64,000 nucleotides of DNA. It comes from Oopsacas minuta. Lineage: Eukaryota > Animalia > Porifera. Below, one piece after another: positions 12,701 to 24,061 of the stretch; position 1 is the first letter of the stretch, and the number at the start of each line of letters is the position of its first letter. The position numbers and the translations under genes were made by a program. The notes beneath the pieces are model-generated. The model searched no databases. It was not told the origin of the DNA and worked only from the letters and a program-made list of their open reading frames with translations. The stretch is from the NCBI GenBank assembly GCA_024704765.1, contig JAKMXF010000354.1, positions 419,690 through 483,689 on the forward strand, in the 5' to 3' direction.

Positions 12701-13286
12701 CAGGCTATCACATCTGTCTTACTTATCTCTAGCATGTTCTCTATAGCTCTTTTACTTTCTTTTAAGTACTCATCCTAAACAGCGAATTATATATCAATAA
12801 ATACATACTCAAATCCGAATTTAAATATTCTTAAAGTTGTATATATTAACTCACATCATATCCAGGTACATTTCTAGCATTTTGAATTATTTTTTTCTTG
12901 TCAGTAGAATAATAGTAGAGAGACTGTAGAGCTAACTTGTGGATTCTTTGTTTATCTCTATTGTGTAGTGAACATCCCTCTGCCTCGCCAGGAGCAGCAG
13001 CCATGTGGATTGAAGCAGAGGAAAGGGAAACGTCACTAGAGCCTGTGACCAACTTAGCTGCTTCTTCAAAGTAGTTGTTAGGCTGTGAGAACATGTCTGG
13101 TATAGTTATGAGTCCTCCTAGTTGTCCTGTAGCCTCCTGCTCCTTCATATTACTGGTACTATCCTTATTAAGGGTAAGTTTTGAAAATTTATCTTTTATT
13201 TTGAGACTAGTCTTGGAGAATGAAGTGTAACTACTGGGGTTCTTCCGGGTTCTTCTCTTCTCAATGTCTGCTGGCTTATCCGCCAT
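9724..13286 (-). CDS. BAIAP3: Munc13-4/BAIAP3-family C2A-MUN-C2B vesicle priming protein
   Basis: Exon 1 13286-12855 (alternative ATG 13340), 80-nt GT-AG intron 12854-12775, exon 2 12774-9724 in frame. C2A (NPYCKLG, EPVWKEDFEF, VEVWD), long helical MUN region (SSAVDTALCF, CMLLNN), C2B (CDPYITV, SLWDWDRLSQDDYAG). BAIAP3 versus UNC13D not resolvable. Confidence 0.88.
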
Positions 13287-14012
13287 CTTCTTGCTAGATC
13301 TAAAGGATAGTTTGGAGCAAGTTCTTTTAAATGTATACATTTTGTAAACGAATGTATTTTTGTATGAATTTACAAGTTTAAATACAAAATTACTGTAAAT
13401 TTGTCAAATAATCATTATGTAAGGCTGAAAGAAAAGGAGCATTGTGTGATAATAAATATTAAATCATGCTCTAAATATGCTGAATGGTATTAGTTAAGGT
13501 CACGATTAACTTCGTAAACAAAAAAAAGTTATTTGCATACATCCCATATAATGCAAATGATTCAATATAACATAAATATTTCAAAAGTGATACTTTTGAG
13601 TCTGTAAGTAAGTCACAGAGAATGAAAACAATGAATTAAGCATTCATCACCATTTATGCCAGATGGTGACTACTGAGAAAGATAATATTGATTGCTCAAA
13701 CGGGACAGCATAGGTGAAAACTAAATCACATCCAAAATAGATTAAATTAACAACTTGATTAGTCAGTTTGAAATAATTTACAAGTACAATCAACAACCGC
13801 CAGTTCGCCATAATAAAAAGTATAATAATGTGTTGACAAAAAATAGTTTGTACTATCAAGGAATTTTCTGGATACCCAATGAATCAGACCAGCTGTATGC
13901 ACTAAATATTAAAATATTTATGATTCTAGAGTTACTTTATATCAGAAGATATATACTTTAGGTAGAGAATACAGATTCTGGATACTTTGTGCAAACACTG
14001 ACAACAAATACA

Positions 14013-16838
14013 TTACTTCTTAGCATTCAATGCCGCGTTAATGTTCTCATCTAATCTGAGAATAGTAGGATCGTCTCTGGAGTAGACTCCAGTCTGTAAC
14101 AAGATATTCCTCTGCTCCACCCATCTAGCAATCTTAGACTCCAACTCATTTTTAGTAGTATTCTCTCTCATTGAACCACTCAGACTCAGAGATTCTACTG
14201 TCTCTGCTTTAGCTCCATTATCTGCTCTATAACTCCCTCCCATGTGCTGTGTAGCAGTTTGAAGGTGTTCTAGCTCTTGTTTAGTTTTCTGTAGTTCCTG
14301 AGCAATCCCTTGTGTCTCTTCTCTCTGCATGTAAGCGTGTCTTAACTGCTCCAATTCCTGTTGTTCCTGCTTTAACTTAGCTTGACTAACTGCATACTCT
14401 TGTTGTCTCATCTTAGCTAATTCCTGCAGAGCTCTCCCCCATTGCTGTCTATACTGCTGTTTAGCTTGTAATGCTTGAGAGAGTTGTTGTTCTAGTTTTA
14501 CTCTTTCTGCTTCTACTACTGTTAATTCTGCTTGTAGTTTGGCTTCAGGCTTTGTACGACTCTCTTCCATTACACGCTGAAGCTCAGTCTCTCGCTGTCT
14601 CAAACGACGCTCTATCTCTTCCAATCTTTCTTGTAGTGTTTTAATCTTCTCTTCACTCAGAACTAGTCTACCTTTATCTATGGATAACTTTTGTTCGTAT
14701 TCAGCGCTTACCTCCCGTCTCAAGCTTATCTTCTCTCCCTCCCATCTCTCCAGCTGTAAGGATAGAGTCTGTTCTCTTCTGATCAGCTCCTGATCTCTGA
14801 GGTCTAACTCCCTTCCTCTCTCTCTCACCTCTTCCAATCCGTTTCTTAACTCAGTCTGTAGTTCATCATACTGATGAGACTTATTCTCTAGCTCTTCCCT
14901 CTTACCAGCTTCCTGTCTGCTCCATTCCTCAGCTAGTCTCTGCAGGAGTTCTGTCTCTTTGTATTTAAGCTTATCTCTAAACTGAGATTCCTCTCTCTCC
15001 TTCCACATCTCCATCTGTAGTGCTTCTTTATACTCTTCTGAAGCTAGCACCCTTTCTAGGGGTGCAGGGGCTGGAGGGGGCGGCTCGATAACCTGAGGGA
15101 TTGGAACAGGCTCAACAGGTGTTCGGGGGGGTAACTGCATCTGGGGTGTAGGCTGATGAATAGGTGAATGTGTCGGATTGACAGTGACAGGAGCAAGTGA
15201 TAAGTTGATCTGTAATTCTGCTACAGTGCCAGATCTAGAGAGGAGAGGAGAACTCATAGAATGAGAGAAATTATGAGCAGATACAGCATGAGAGAATACT
15301 GATGATAGAAGTACAGTAGAGGTAGCTATAGGTTGAGACTGTGAGTAGAGTTGTATCTGTAATGGCTCTGTCTGGGTGTGTTCCATTAGCAGTGAGAGAG
15401 GAGTACTGAGATCGAATAAGCAGCAAGAACTATGGATGCGTTGAGGATGGGAGAGAGGGAGGGAGTGTGGGAGAGGGATCTCTATAGGTTGTGTGAGAGA
15501 GAAGAACTGATAGAGATAGTGTAGGGAGTAGGAACCAGAAGGTGGGAGTGATAAGTTAGTGATTGTAGGGATGTCTATTGTGAAGCAAAACGTCAAGTTC
15601 TCCTCTGACTGTGTAGGAAGGACAGATAAAGGGGGAGGGGCAATAGTTTCAGGAGATAGAACGAGGGGAGAGGGAGGATCAGGTGGGAGATGTAAGTCAT
15701 CCAGGTCTGGGAATGGAGGCGGAGGAACAGGAAATGTTTCTGGTCTCTCCGTGTCAATAGGTAGAGGATGCTCTGGAGAAGATTCAATCCTAAGAGAAGC
15801 TGAAACACTGAGACTAATTAGCTGTTCGTTGAGAGCCGTGCTATCAGCCTGTTGAGGGAGAAGACGAATGTGTTTCTCAATGTGGGTGGGTAAGGACTCC
15901 TGGGATCTCATGAGACTACTGGAGAGTTCAGATAGAGACATCTCCCCTTTACCTATACGGTGTTCTTCTGAGAGGAGTGTGAGTGAAACTGGACTGTGAC
16001 CGGTTAGTAAGAGGTGTAAACTTTCGCGAGTTGAAAGTATTCTCATGGTTATCCTCTCCGGTTTGAAGGAAGTAGAAGCTGATGAGCTACACATATCAGC
16101 TAGTTGATCTGCCATCTCGCTCTCAGCTCCAAGAGTGAGAGAGAACGTCTCTGATTGGATCTGAGAACCCAGTAGTGAGTAGATCAGCTGTAGAGTTGCA
16201 TCTGAATGTGAAGAGCCGTATACTGGATAGTTCTGTGGATTTAGTACAGTTTGTATTGTGAATGTCAATGCGAAAAGAAGTTTATCTAATCCTATATCTT
16301 CTCTCTCCTCTTCTACGATGAAGTATCCGTGTTTTGGATCCAGGGTAATCTTAGGTAGCCTGGTTTGGGACGGCACCTGTGGAATGGAGTGATCGGGTTG
16401 ATTGAGAGGAGACGGAGAGTCATTTTCTGCGATTGTAGCAGACTCTTGAGTGAGTAACACGAATATCTCAGGTTTGAGACGTGGATAAGATACATTCAGT
16501 AGTCTAATCCAGTGACCTTTAGCAGGACGCTGTTGAGCAGTACGAAGGTCTAACAACAGGTAACCTATATTCTCCTTAGTCTTAGTACGATTATCCATAG
16601 CACATAATATAAGTTTTAGAGGAGTACGATGCAAGCGGTGCTGCTGTAATTGCTTATGAGAAATTTCCCAACACAGCTCTGTGTTGATGTGAGGGGAAGT
16701 GAGATGAGGTACAGGGTCGGTAGAGAGAGACTTACCAGAAAAAGTGCTCTCAACAACCAAACTGTGTCCAGGTCTAGGGGGGAAGTAGCGGCCTTCTGAG
16801 ATACCCACTACAAGCAGCTTATCCTCTCCTGACGTCAT
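14013..16838 (-). CDS. CEP120: Centrosomal protein CEP120, intronless
   Basis: N-terminal C2 matches CEP120 (VVGISEGRYFPPRP, LSTDPVPH, ELCWEI, HRLHRTPLKL, IGYLLLDLRTAQ); further C2-like segments, Pro-rich linkers, C-terminal coiled coil (EYKEALQMEMWKE, LLQTGVYSRDDP). Confidence 0.95.
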   Translation of the reverse strand: MTSGEDKLLVVGISEGRYFPPRPGHSLVVESTFSGKSLSTDPVPHLTSPHINTELCWEISHKQLQQHRLHRTPLKLILCAMDNRTKTKENIGYLLLDLRTAQQRPAKGHWIRLLNVSYPRLKPEIFVLLTQESATIAENDSPSPLNQPDHSIPQVPSQTRLPKITLDPKHGYFIVEEEREDIGLDKLLFALTFTIQTVLNPQNYPVYGSSHSDATLQLIYSLLGSQIQSETFSLTLGAESEMADQLADMCSSSASTSFKPERITMRILSTRESLHLLLTGHSPVSLTLLSEEHRIGKGEMSLSELSSSLMRSQESLPTHIEKHIRLLPQQADSTALNEQLISLSVSASLRIESSPEHPLPIDTERPETFPVPPPPFPDLDDLHLPPDPPSPLVLSPETIAPPPLSVLPTQSEENLTFCFTIDIPTITNLSLPPSGSYSLHYLYQFFSLTQPIEIPLPHSLPLSHPQRIHSSCCLFDLSTPLSLLMEHTQTEPLQIQLYSQSQPIATSTVLLSSVFSHAVSAHNFSHSMSSPLLSRSGTVAELQINLSLAPVTVNPTHSPIHQPTPQMQLPPRTPVEPVPIPQVIEPPPPAPAPLERVLASEEYKEALQMEMWKEREESQFRDKLKYKETELLQRLAEEWSRQEAGKREELENKSHQYDELQTELRNGLEEVRERGRELDLRDQELIRREQTLSLQLERWEGEKISLRREVSAEYEQKLSIDKGRLVLSEEKIKTLQERLEEIERRLRQRETELQRVMEESRTKPEAKLQAELTVVEAERVKLEQQLSQALQAKQQYRQQWGRALQELAKMRQQEYAVSQAKLKQEQQELEQLRHAYMQREETQGIAQELQKTKQELEHLQTATQHMGGSYRADNGAKAETVESLSLSGSMRENTTKNELESKIARWVEQRNILLQTGVYSRDDPTILRLDENINAALNAKK

Positions 16839-17174
16839 AATTAAATTCACCAAGGGATCTAAGTTATAGAATTACTAGAGAATCTAGTGTCAATCAACAT
16901 CACAATTTCACGGCAAATATTGTCCCTTCAGCAGGGCATACAATTGCAATATATAAATTTCGTCAGAGATTCCCTCATATAAAAGATAAGCTAACACTAC
17001 TTAGTATTGATGAAATGTACTAAATGTTTATTTAATATATGTGTTAATTACGTATGAAGCCCCAACGTGCTAAGTATGAGCTAATTGTAAATATGCACAG
17101 AGGAAGCGCAGAGCTGAAAGCATAAAACTGAAGAGTGCATGAACACATCTAAATTCTAAACTAAACTGTGTCAA
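16839..17174. promoter_or_regulatory. Probable bidirectional promoter between CEP120 and the methyltransferase
   Basis: 336-nt head-to-head gap where the window's two long co-oriented gene runs diverge; no specific motif proven. Confidence 0.5.
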
Positions 17175-17864
17175 ATGGCAAAATCCTCTACTTCTGATGA
17201 TTCGAAATTGTACCAATTCCTCCAAGAGCGGAATGATCCAGGAGTATTTCCAGAAGGCAAAGAGAGTCTAGACTATTGGAATGAAGTGGCTGATAGATAT
17301 GACAACAACTATAATGGTGGAATTTCATTCAAACATATCACAATAGGAGCGAGGGAGTTTGACAAGCATCTCATGATGAAAGACGTTCCTAAGAACGCAA
17401 AGATAGCGGACATAGGATCTGGTACTGGACTAATAGGACAGAAACTGAAGGAAGAGTATCATTACTCAAACATGACTGCATTTGATATCAGCCCTGCTAT
17501 GCTGGAGAAAGCAAAGGAAAAATCATGTTACAATGATTTCGTCATTAGTGATCTACATACTGACGAATTGGTAGAGTATCATCAACAATTCGATCATGCA
17601 ATTAGCATAGCTTGTTTTGTACTAGGAATAATAAAACCGCAAGCATTAGAAACAGTGGCCCGTCTAGTTAAGTCAGGTGGCCTTGTCACACTCTCATTCC
17701 GCGAAAAGAATTATGATAACGAGCTGACAGGTTACAGACAAAAAGTGGAGAAAATGGAGAAGGCAGGAGTATGGAAACAAATTAGTATAGTGTTAGACGA
17801 ATACATGTGTTTAGACCCAGATAATGCTGTAAGAGGGTATTATGTAACATTACAGGTATGCTAG
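17175..17864 (+). CDS. Class I SAM-dependent methyltransferase, METTL27/WBSCR27-like
   Basis: Motif I ADIGSGTG, acidic motif II FDISPAMLEKAK, FDHAISIACF, ARLVKSGG; intronless. Confidence 0.8.
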   Translation: MAKSSTSDDSKLYQFLQERNDPGVFPEGKESLDYWNEVADRYDNNYNGGISFKHITIGAREFDKHLMMKDVPKNAKIADIGSGTGLIGQKLKEEYHYSNMTAFDISPAMLEKAKEKSCYNDFVISDLHTDELVEYHQQFDHAISIACFVLGIIKPQALETVARLVKSGGLVTLSFREKNYDNELTGYRQKVEKMEKAGVWKQISIVLDEYMCLDPDNAVRGYYVTLQVC

Positions 17865-18559
17865 TTGTTTGTCATTAGTATTTTAGTATCTGTCTTTTTG
17901 TAAGTCAATAATATATTTACTCTATTTTATAGTAGTATTAATCTACCTGAACTTTGCTCAAGGTTAGAGGTACCTGAGCATTGACATTTTATCTAACCGC
18001 TCTTACCGCCTGAATCTGGTCAGAATAGGTTGAACCGGTATAGTTTACCACAATTGTTACTTATATATGCATTCCAATCCCCTTTTGGCTCAATAAACGG
18101 CCAAAAAAAAGAGAATCGCCAGGGCTTTCTTGCCCGCCATTGTCAGCTTTGTAGCTCCAAAACTGACAGAGTTTTAACCAATGTTTTATTAACTCACGGT
18201 TCATAATAATATAAAGCCTTCAATCGCAGGGCATAATGCCCACCATACACGGTGCAACATTGTTGAATGAAAAAAGTAATTTCATTCAACATTATTGCAG
18301 GGAGATAGAAATTGTTATATATATATATATGCACTCCCGCCCTGGAAAAGGAGCGGTGCTCCCACCTCCACTCCTTACTCAGAAAGGAGCGCACTCAGGC
18401 AAAATAGCTAAATTACCTTCTTTGAAGGCTGTCCAAACAAATATTAACAATATGTCGTTACAATACCATAGTCGGACTCAACATACTCGAATACCCCAGG
18501 AAAGCCGTTGAAAGTATGATTCTACCTCAATTTTTGAAATTTGTGAACCTTATATATAT

Positions 18560-18777
18560 ATATTCATAAAACAACAATAAATTTACACATGATTAATCCA
18601 AAAGTGCGAAAATCGGATTCAGCATGTTCGATATATGTAGTGACGGTGGAACATAGTGGAAACTGCTAGAAACTGTCTTGCTCTAAACTGCTACCCAGAG
18701 GTATCTTTGCCCCCGAATCCCAATTTCGCATTTCAAGTTTTCTCATATGTAAATTTATTGTTGTTTTTTATGAATAT
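18560..18777. mobile_element. Degenerate inverted-repeat element (MITE-like)
   Basis: About 60-bp imperfect inverted repeats: ATATTCATAAAACAACAATAAATTTACACATG...GCGAAAATCGGATTC at 18560-18620 versus the reverse complement of 18714-18777. Confidence 0.55.
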
Positions 18778-19589
18778 TCAGTAATAAATATTTGAAATCT
18801 CGAACATAGTTAGAGACTTGCTCTCAATAGACATATTGAGATAATCAAGTACACTGGATCCGAATATGATAACCACGTATTGTGAATATTTGTTGTTTTT
18901 TTAGGTGTATCAAGTAAACAATTTTCTAATTATTTCTAGAAAATTGCTTTCAACCGTTATACTGGGGTAATCGGCTACGCTTATTACAAATATGTATTTA
19001 TCACTAACGTATTGCGAATCAATATGTTGCTACTTTTATACTTTGCTCCATTCGAGGCACGAAGTGCCGAGCCCTATGCGAACACAAAGTGTTCGCAGGT
19101 AGAGCAGTGCGAGGAAACGAAGCACCCTAGTCTAATGTATGCTATAACTACTTTATCCCACATTCATAATCCTTTGCTAGAAAACGGGGGAGGGGGGGGG
19201 GCAATTGCCTCCGTTGCCTCTCCCCCTAAATCCGCCACCGTTCAATCAATCCTTCCTGGTCCATAATATTTAGTGACCACCGTTGCCTTAATCCTAAACA
19301 GCCATATACTACTATAATACGGGACTGTAGGCTGCCAGCTCGGGTCTTGGAACTTGGGTCCATGTGTTTTCTTGATGTCTCCTAACAAAAGCTGATTAAG
19401 AGATATCAAGAAACACATGGATCCAAGTTCCACGCCGGTTAATTTTCGCAAATTATCTATATTTATTGATAATTACTGATCTTTCTGAACACCATCTCTA
19501 CAGAATATTGTTCCCCAAACAGTCTGAGTTGAGCAATCAAAGTATACTTCCTCGTGCTGAATATGCATATGTTACTACCCTTGGCAGAT

Positions 19590-19699
19590 GATCAAGGTCT
19601 TTATTTACAAATTTTGATGTTGGGAAGGATTATTTTGAAATAGTTAAGCACAATTCAATTGGGAGAGAGGATCAAGGTCTTTATTTACAAAATTTTGAT
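19590..19699 (+). repeat. Local direct duplication (~29-bp core, ~80-bp period)
   Basis: GATCAAGGTCTTTATTTACAAA(A)TTTTGAT at 19590-19618 and 19670-19699. Confidence 0.8.
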
Positions 19700-20111
19700 A
19701 CTTGGAAGAGTTAAATTTCCGAAAATTCCGCATGCAGATTCAAAATTTTAATAGCTCCTAAACTTGATTCCCTAGTGGATATTGTTGGGAACACAAATCC
19801 CCAGTCGATAATGTTCCCCTGAACAGTACGTATTCCCAATGTGAATATGGGGTACGCAATCCACTAGAGGGAACCATATTCTCTAGTGAATATGTTTGAA
19901 GGAACATTACACTATTCACTGTGACACCTCTTATGGAATGAAACCGAGTCTCGAGCACTTCATTATACCAAGAGTTTACTGCATATAATTTTGTGAATAC
20001 TGTGCAGGGAATAATTATATAAGGCCACTGTTAATGAGAAACAAGTTTCCAAGTAACAGTGGCCTAATTATCCCTATTGTATATTTCAGCTTTGTTCCTC
20101 TGCTTAGCTCT

Positions 20112-20858
20112 ATGAGTCAGATACCTCTTCCAGCAGTATGCAAGACTGCTTCATTTCCCCCTAATATGCCAACTTACCTACGTCGTGTTTACAGATACCA
20201 ACACATGGATTTTGAGTATGCGATTTGGCAGTTTAGCTGCCTCATCTTCTCTCCCTCAAAACTATATAAACAGTTTCAATTCAGTAAACAAACCAAATCA
20301 AAGTGGGCACGAGACGATCCTGCTTTCCTGGTACTACTATCACTAGCTCTCTGTATCAGCTCTGCTATATTTGCTGTCGTGCTTAGATTATCTTTTTTTG
20401 GGTTTTTCAAGTTCATACTCTACGTAGTATTTATTGATTGTATTGGTGTGGGTTTGGTTATTGGCACAATATTCTGGGCTCTATTCCGTAAGTTCCAACC
20501 AGGAGCTGGTGTAGAGTGGGCTTATGCGTTTGATGTCCATTTGAACGCATTCACACCTTTGCTAATAATCGCACATGGACTCTTACTATGTCTCTACAAA
20601 CTTATTTGTCAACCTTACATCTTATCCACTCTACTCGGCAATACTTTATGGGTGTTAGCTATATCATATTACATCTATATTACATTTTTAGGCTACTCAG
20701 CTGTCTCTCACAGTAAAGTTACTGTATTTATTCTCTACGCAGTACTTCCACTCATGTTATTCTATTTGATTTCAATTCCTCTGAATTTGAACCTAACTGT
20801 TGGTTTGTATACTTTCTATGCCAAAAGAGTTGGTCACTCCTCTTTTGTTGCATATTAG
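20112..20858 (+). CDS. UNC50: UNC-50 family Golgi membrane protein
   Basis: YLRRVYRYQHMDFEYAIWQ, KQTKSKWARDDPAFLVLL, VEWAYAFDVHLNAF. Start set at ATG 20112, 4 nt after a CTGCTTAG acceptor-like site. Confidence 0.93.
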   Translation: MSQIPLPAVCKTASFPPNMPTYLRRVYRYQHMDFEYAIWQFSCLIFSPSKLYKQFQFSKQTKSKWARDDPAFLVLLSLALCISSAIFAVVLRLSFFGFFKFILYVVFIDCIGVGLVIGTIFWALFRKFQPGAGVEWAYAFDVHLNAFTPLLIIAHGLLLCLYKLICQPYILSTLLGNTLWVLAISYYIYITFLGYSAVSHSKVTVFILYAVLPLMLFYLISIPLNLNLTVGLYTFYAKRVGHSSFVAY

Positions 20859-21283
20859 CTATTTTGTGATTTAATACTTTCTCTCTGTATAAATAATAAT
20901 AATGCATGTAGCATGTATTGTTGTATTCTAATTTGATATTAGCAGAATAATCAGTGGGGTGTTGAAGAGTCGCCCCTACTTCATTCCTGGGGGCCGTTTT
21001 CATCCAGGTTTCTAAGAAAAGGCTTAGCTTGAATAGGTAGCGCCTCCACTTCTTTTTGGGGCGAAACACCACTGCAAATATTGTACCTATGGAAAGTAAT
21101 TTTGAGCGAAACTCGAACAAAATATTACACGAAACTTACCTAATTACGTATAGGCTTTACTGAGTTAGAATCTTATTGGCTGACAGTTAACGAGACTGAT
21201 TCATATAAATAATTAATTAAAAGTATCTTAGACATATTTTAAGATATTTCTTGTTTATTCTTTGTTATATTATTTCATTAGGA

Positions 21284-24061
21284 ATGCATCACTCACAACA
21301 GAAAGGTAGGAACAATGAGAATTTCAACCTTTTTGTGGCGCCTCAGACCTCCATACAGTCAGTGAGCCCTCTCTTCACACTGGAAACTTGTAACACACCT
21401 ACCCTCTCTAACCAGATAACACCCCGATCTCTTACTGCAATACAAAGAACTCCCACAGCACGTCAAGAGCTAGTCGAGCATACAACAACTCGACAGGAGA
21501 CTGACAAGGGAGGTAATCTCCTATCCCGTTTGAAACAAGAAGCAGAAGGGATTCGTAGATGGCAGACTTCAGTAGATATGGAGCTGAAGAACAAAGGTGA
21601 TCATATCCGAGAAATGACAGCATTGATAGAAGAGCAACGTAAATCCCTACTCGAGGTACAGTTAGAGTATGAGAAAGTTAGTGGGTTACTGCAAGAAGAA
21701 CGCGGGAACCAGGAACAGCTGGGAAAACAGCTGACACACACACGTGACCTCTTCTCAGCTGTGAAGGAGAATATAGAGCGAGTGGAGGAGGAAGTGAAGA
21801 GAAGTGGAGATGATAGTAACGATCTGTCTTTCTTCCATGATCAGCTGATTAATAGATACTCAGAGCTCCGTGAAAATTATCTCCTGCTACAGAGTAGATG
21901 CGAAGAAGTTATAAAGGAATTACAAACAGAATTGAAGTTGAGTAGAGAAGAGTGTGAAGATATTCATAAGAATAATGATAATTTAATTGAAGAGACTGCT
22001 AGAATGAATAAAGATATTTTTAATAATACGAAAGTATTTGAAGAGAGTTTAGAGAATTTATCATCTGATCTATGTCAGAAGGAAACAGTATGTTGTCAGC
22101 TAGCTACAGAGAGAGATAATCTATGTTCTCAACTCAATAAAACTCAAGCAGAGTTAGAGGATTTAACAACTAAGCACAGTGAATTGAATAAAGATCTTAT
22201 GGACCGGGAAAGAGAGCTGGGAAGTGAGAATAAAATAAATGAGTTGTTACAAAATAAGTATAATGATCTGTCAGCTGACATAGAGTCTGTTATTAATGTA
22301 AAGTGTTCTCTTGAATTACTCAATAGTTCTCTTCAAAAACAGGTAACTGAATTGGAAGAATTACACAATGAAATGAAACAAGAACTAGCTACAAGTGAAA
22401 GTAAATTATCTACAACTTGTACAGAACTAGCTACAAGTGAGAGAGACTTATTGAATGAGAGAAATACTCTAAGTACAGTGAGGGAGCGAGTGGTTGAGTT
22501 AGAGAGACAAGTATCTACTAAAGATGAGAAAATATCTTGGAATAAGGAACAGCTGATGGTGCTTACCACTGAATTGAAAGATAGCGAACATGAAAAAACT
22601 GTACTTAAAGAAGAAGTTATGAAGTTACAAGATTCACTCTCTAGTCTGAGTGAAGAGTTTGAAGAAGGAAGAGCTGCCTTCTCAATAGAAATATCAAAAC
22701 ACAAACATTCTATCATACAGGCGGAACGTGAGAGAGATGGCACAGAGAATTTGTTAGCTAGCAGCGAACAAATGAATAACAAATTATCTTTAGAGATAGA
22801 GCAGTTTGTAAAAAGTAATGAAGATTTACAGAATAAACTGAATAAGAAAACTGAAGAGGCAGATTTACATTATTCTAGTTTACAAACAGCTCAGATAGAA
22901 ATTAGGAATATTTCCATAGAGTTAGAACAGCTGACTGCAACTGTTGAAGAAATGAAATCAGATAAAATTAATTTGGTAGAGTCTCACTCGAAATCTGTTT
23001 CTATTTTAGAATCTCAAAAGATAGAAGATTTATCTTCTCATTTGGAAGAATTATCAAAATTACAAACTAATAATGATTGTTTAAAATTTTCAATTAAAAC
23101 AATTGAGGAGAAATACAAATCACAATCAGAAGTTCATAACAGAGAAATGGAATTATTGTTGAATGAAAAGCAAAATAGTGAAAATGAAATAAAATCATTG
23201 AAAGAGCAATCTTTACTCAACCAGCAACAACTAGATAAGGCTCATGCACTGGCTGCTGAGGGTGACGAGCAAGCTAAGCAGAGAGTCTCTGAGATGCTAG
23301 ATTCTCTCTGTAAGTATAGGAAAGAGAGTGGTGAGATTCTATCAGCTAAAAACAAAGAGATTGAAGAACTTAAACTGAAACAAGCTAGCCAGCTAGATGA
23401 AGAAGTAAGTAAGATTACTGCACACTATAACGAAGAGTTAGAATCAATTAGAGATGAAAAACAGCAATTAGAATTATTATTAGCAAATATACAAAAGGAG
23501 AGAAGGCAAGAACTTTCCACAAAAAGATCAATTATTTCTACTCCCAAGCGGACAGACGCTACCCCTAAATTCTCACAATTAAGGACACCATGTACTACGA
23601 TACCCCGTTCCTCTGACCCCCCTAATACGCCTAATATGAGGGAGGTAACACAGCCTGGACCTTCTACCATACAGCGTGAACATGACCCTGAAAAGAGAGC
23701 TTCAAAATATTCTGCTGTAGGAAAGAATTTCAGAACTCCTTCAATTCACACAAATTCTAATTTGAAGCAGAAACGGAAGAAGATAAGACTTGATGACGTA
23801 AGCATGGAGATTCTAAATTCACAAGACGATTACACTTCTTCTAAAAACGCCACACCTTCCAAACAGAGACCAACTAGACAATGTGCTACCCCCAGTAGTC
23901 GATCCAAAGAGAATATCCCTTCTTACCTTCAAGATGCTCCTCCAGCTACAAGCTACAGTAGGTCGAAAGCAAGCAAGCCTCGCTCAGCTAAATCAAGAGC
24001 TTCTAAAGAGTACAACTGGTTTGATAACGATGCTATATTCGGTCTAGCAACTGATGATTGA
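21284..24061 (+). CDS. SYCP1: Synaptonemal complex transverse filament protein SYCP1-like
   Basis: LLSRLKQEAEGIRRWQTSVDMELKNK...IEEQRKSLLEVQLEYEKVSGLLQEE...TRDLFSAVKE matches the conserved SYCP1 N-terminal coiled-coil motif; ~700-aa coiled coil; basic S/TP-rich tail ending WFDNDAIFG; intronless. Confidence 0.85.
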   Translation: MHHSQQKGRNNENFNLFVAPQTSIQSVSPLFTLETCNTPTLSNQITPRSLTAIQRTPTARQELVEHTTTRQETDKGGNLLSRLKQEAEGIRRWQTSVDMELKNKGDHIREMTALIEEQRKSLLEVQLEYEKVSGLLQEERGNQEQLGKQLTHTRDLFSAVKENIERVEEEVKRSGDDSNDLSFFHDQLINRYSELRENYLLLQSRCEEVIKELQTELKLSREECEDIHKNNDNLIEETARMNKDIFNNTKVFEESLENLSSDLCQKETVCCQLATERDNLCSQLNKTQAELEDLTTKHSELNKDLMDRERELGSENKINELLQNKYNDLSADIESVINVKCSLELLNSSLQKQVTELEELHNEMKQELATSESKLSTTCTELATSERDLLNERNTLSTVRERVVELERQVSTKDEKISWNKEQLMVLTTELKDSEHEKTVLKEEVMKLQDSLSSLSEEFEEGRAAFSIEISKHKHSIIQAERERDGTENLLASSEQMNNKLSLEIEQFVKSNEDLQNKLNKKTEEADLHYSSLQTAQIEIRNISIELEQLTATVEEMKSDKINLVESHSKSVSILESQKIEDLSSHLEELSKLQTNNDCLKFSIKTIEEKYKSQSEVHNREMELLLNEKQNSENEIKSLKEQSLLNQQQLDKAHALAAEGDEQAKQRVSEMLDSLCKYRKESGEILSAKNKEIEELKLKQASQLDEEVSKITAHYNEELESIRDEKQQLELLLANIQKERRQELSTKRSIISTPKRTDATPKFSQLRTPCTTIPRSSDPPNTPNMREVTQPGPSTIQREHDPEKRASKYSAVGKNFRTPSIHTNSNLKQKRKKIRLDDVSMEILNSQDDYTSSKNATPSKQRPTRQCATPSSRSKENIPSYLQDAPPATSYSRSKASKPRSAKSRASKEYNWFDNDAIFGLATDD

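Noticed and set aside
12846-13340. 164-aa ORF as a stand-alone gene
   Set aside because: It ends at a GTGAG donor and splices in frame via an 80-nt intron to the BAIAP3-like ORF.
17900-20030. Short ORFs and GC-rich patches between the methyltransferase and UNC50, plus a similar patch at 25320-25440
   Set aside because: They look like fragments of non-autonomous repeats (hairpins, G-runs) without paired ends or coding signal.
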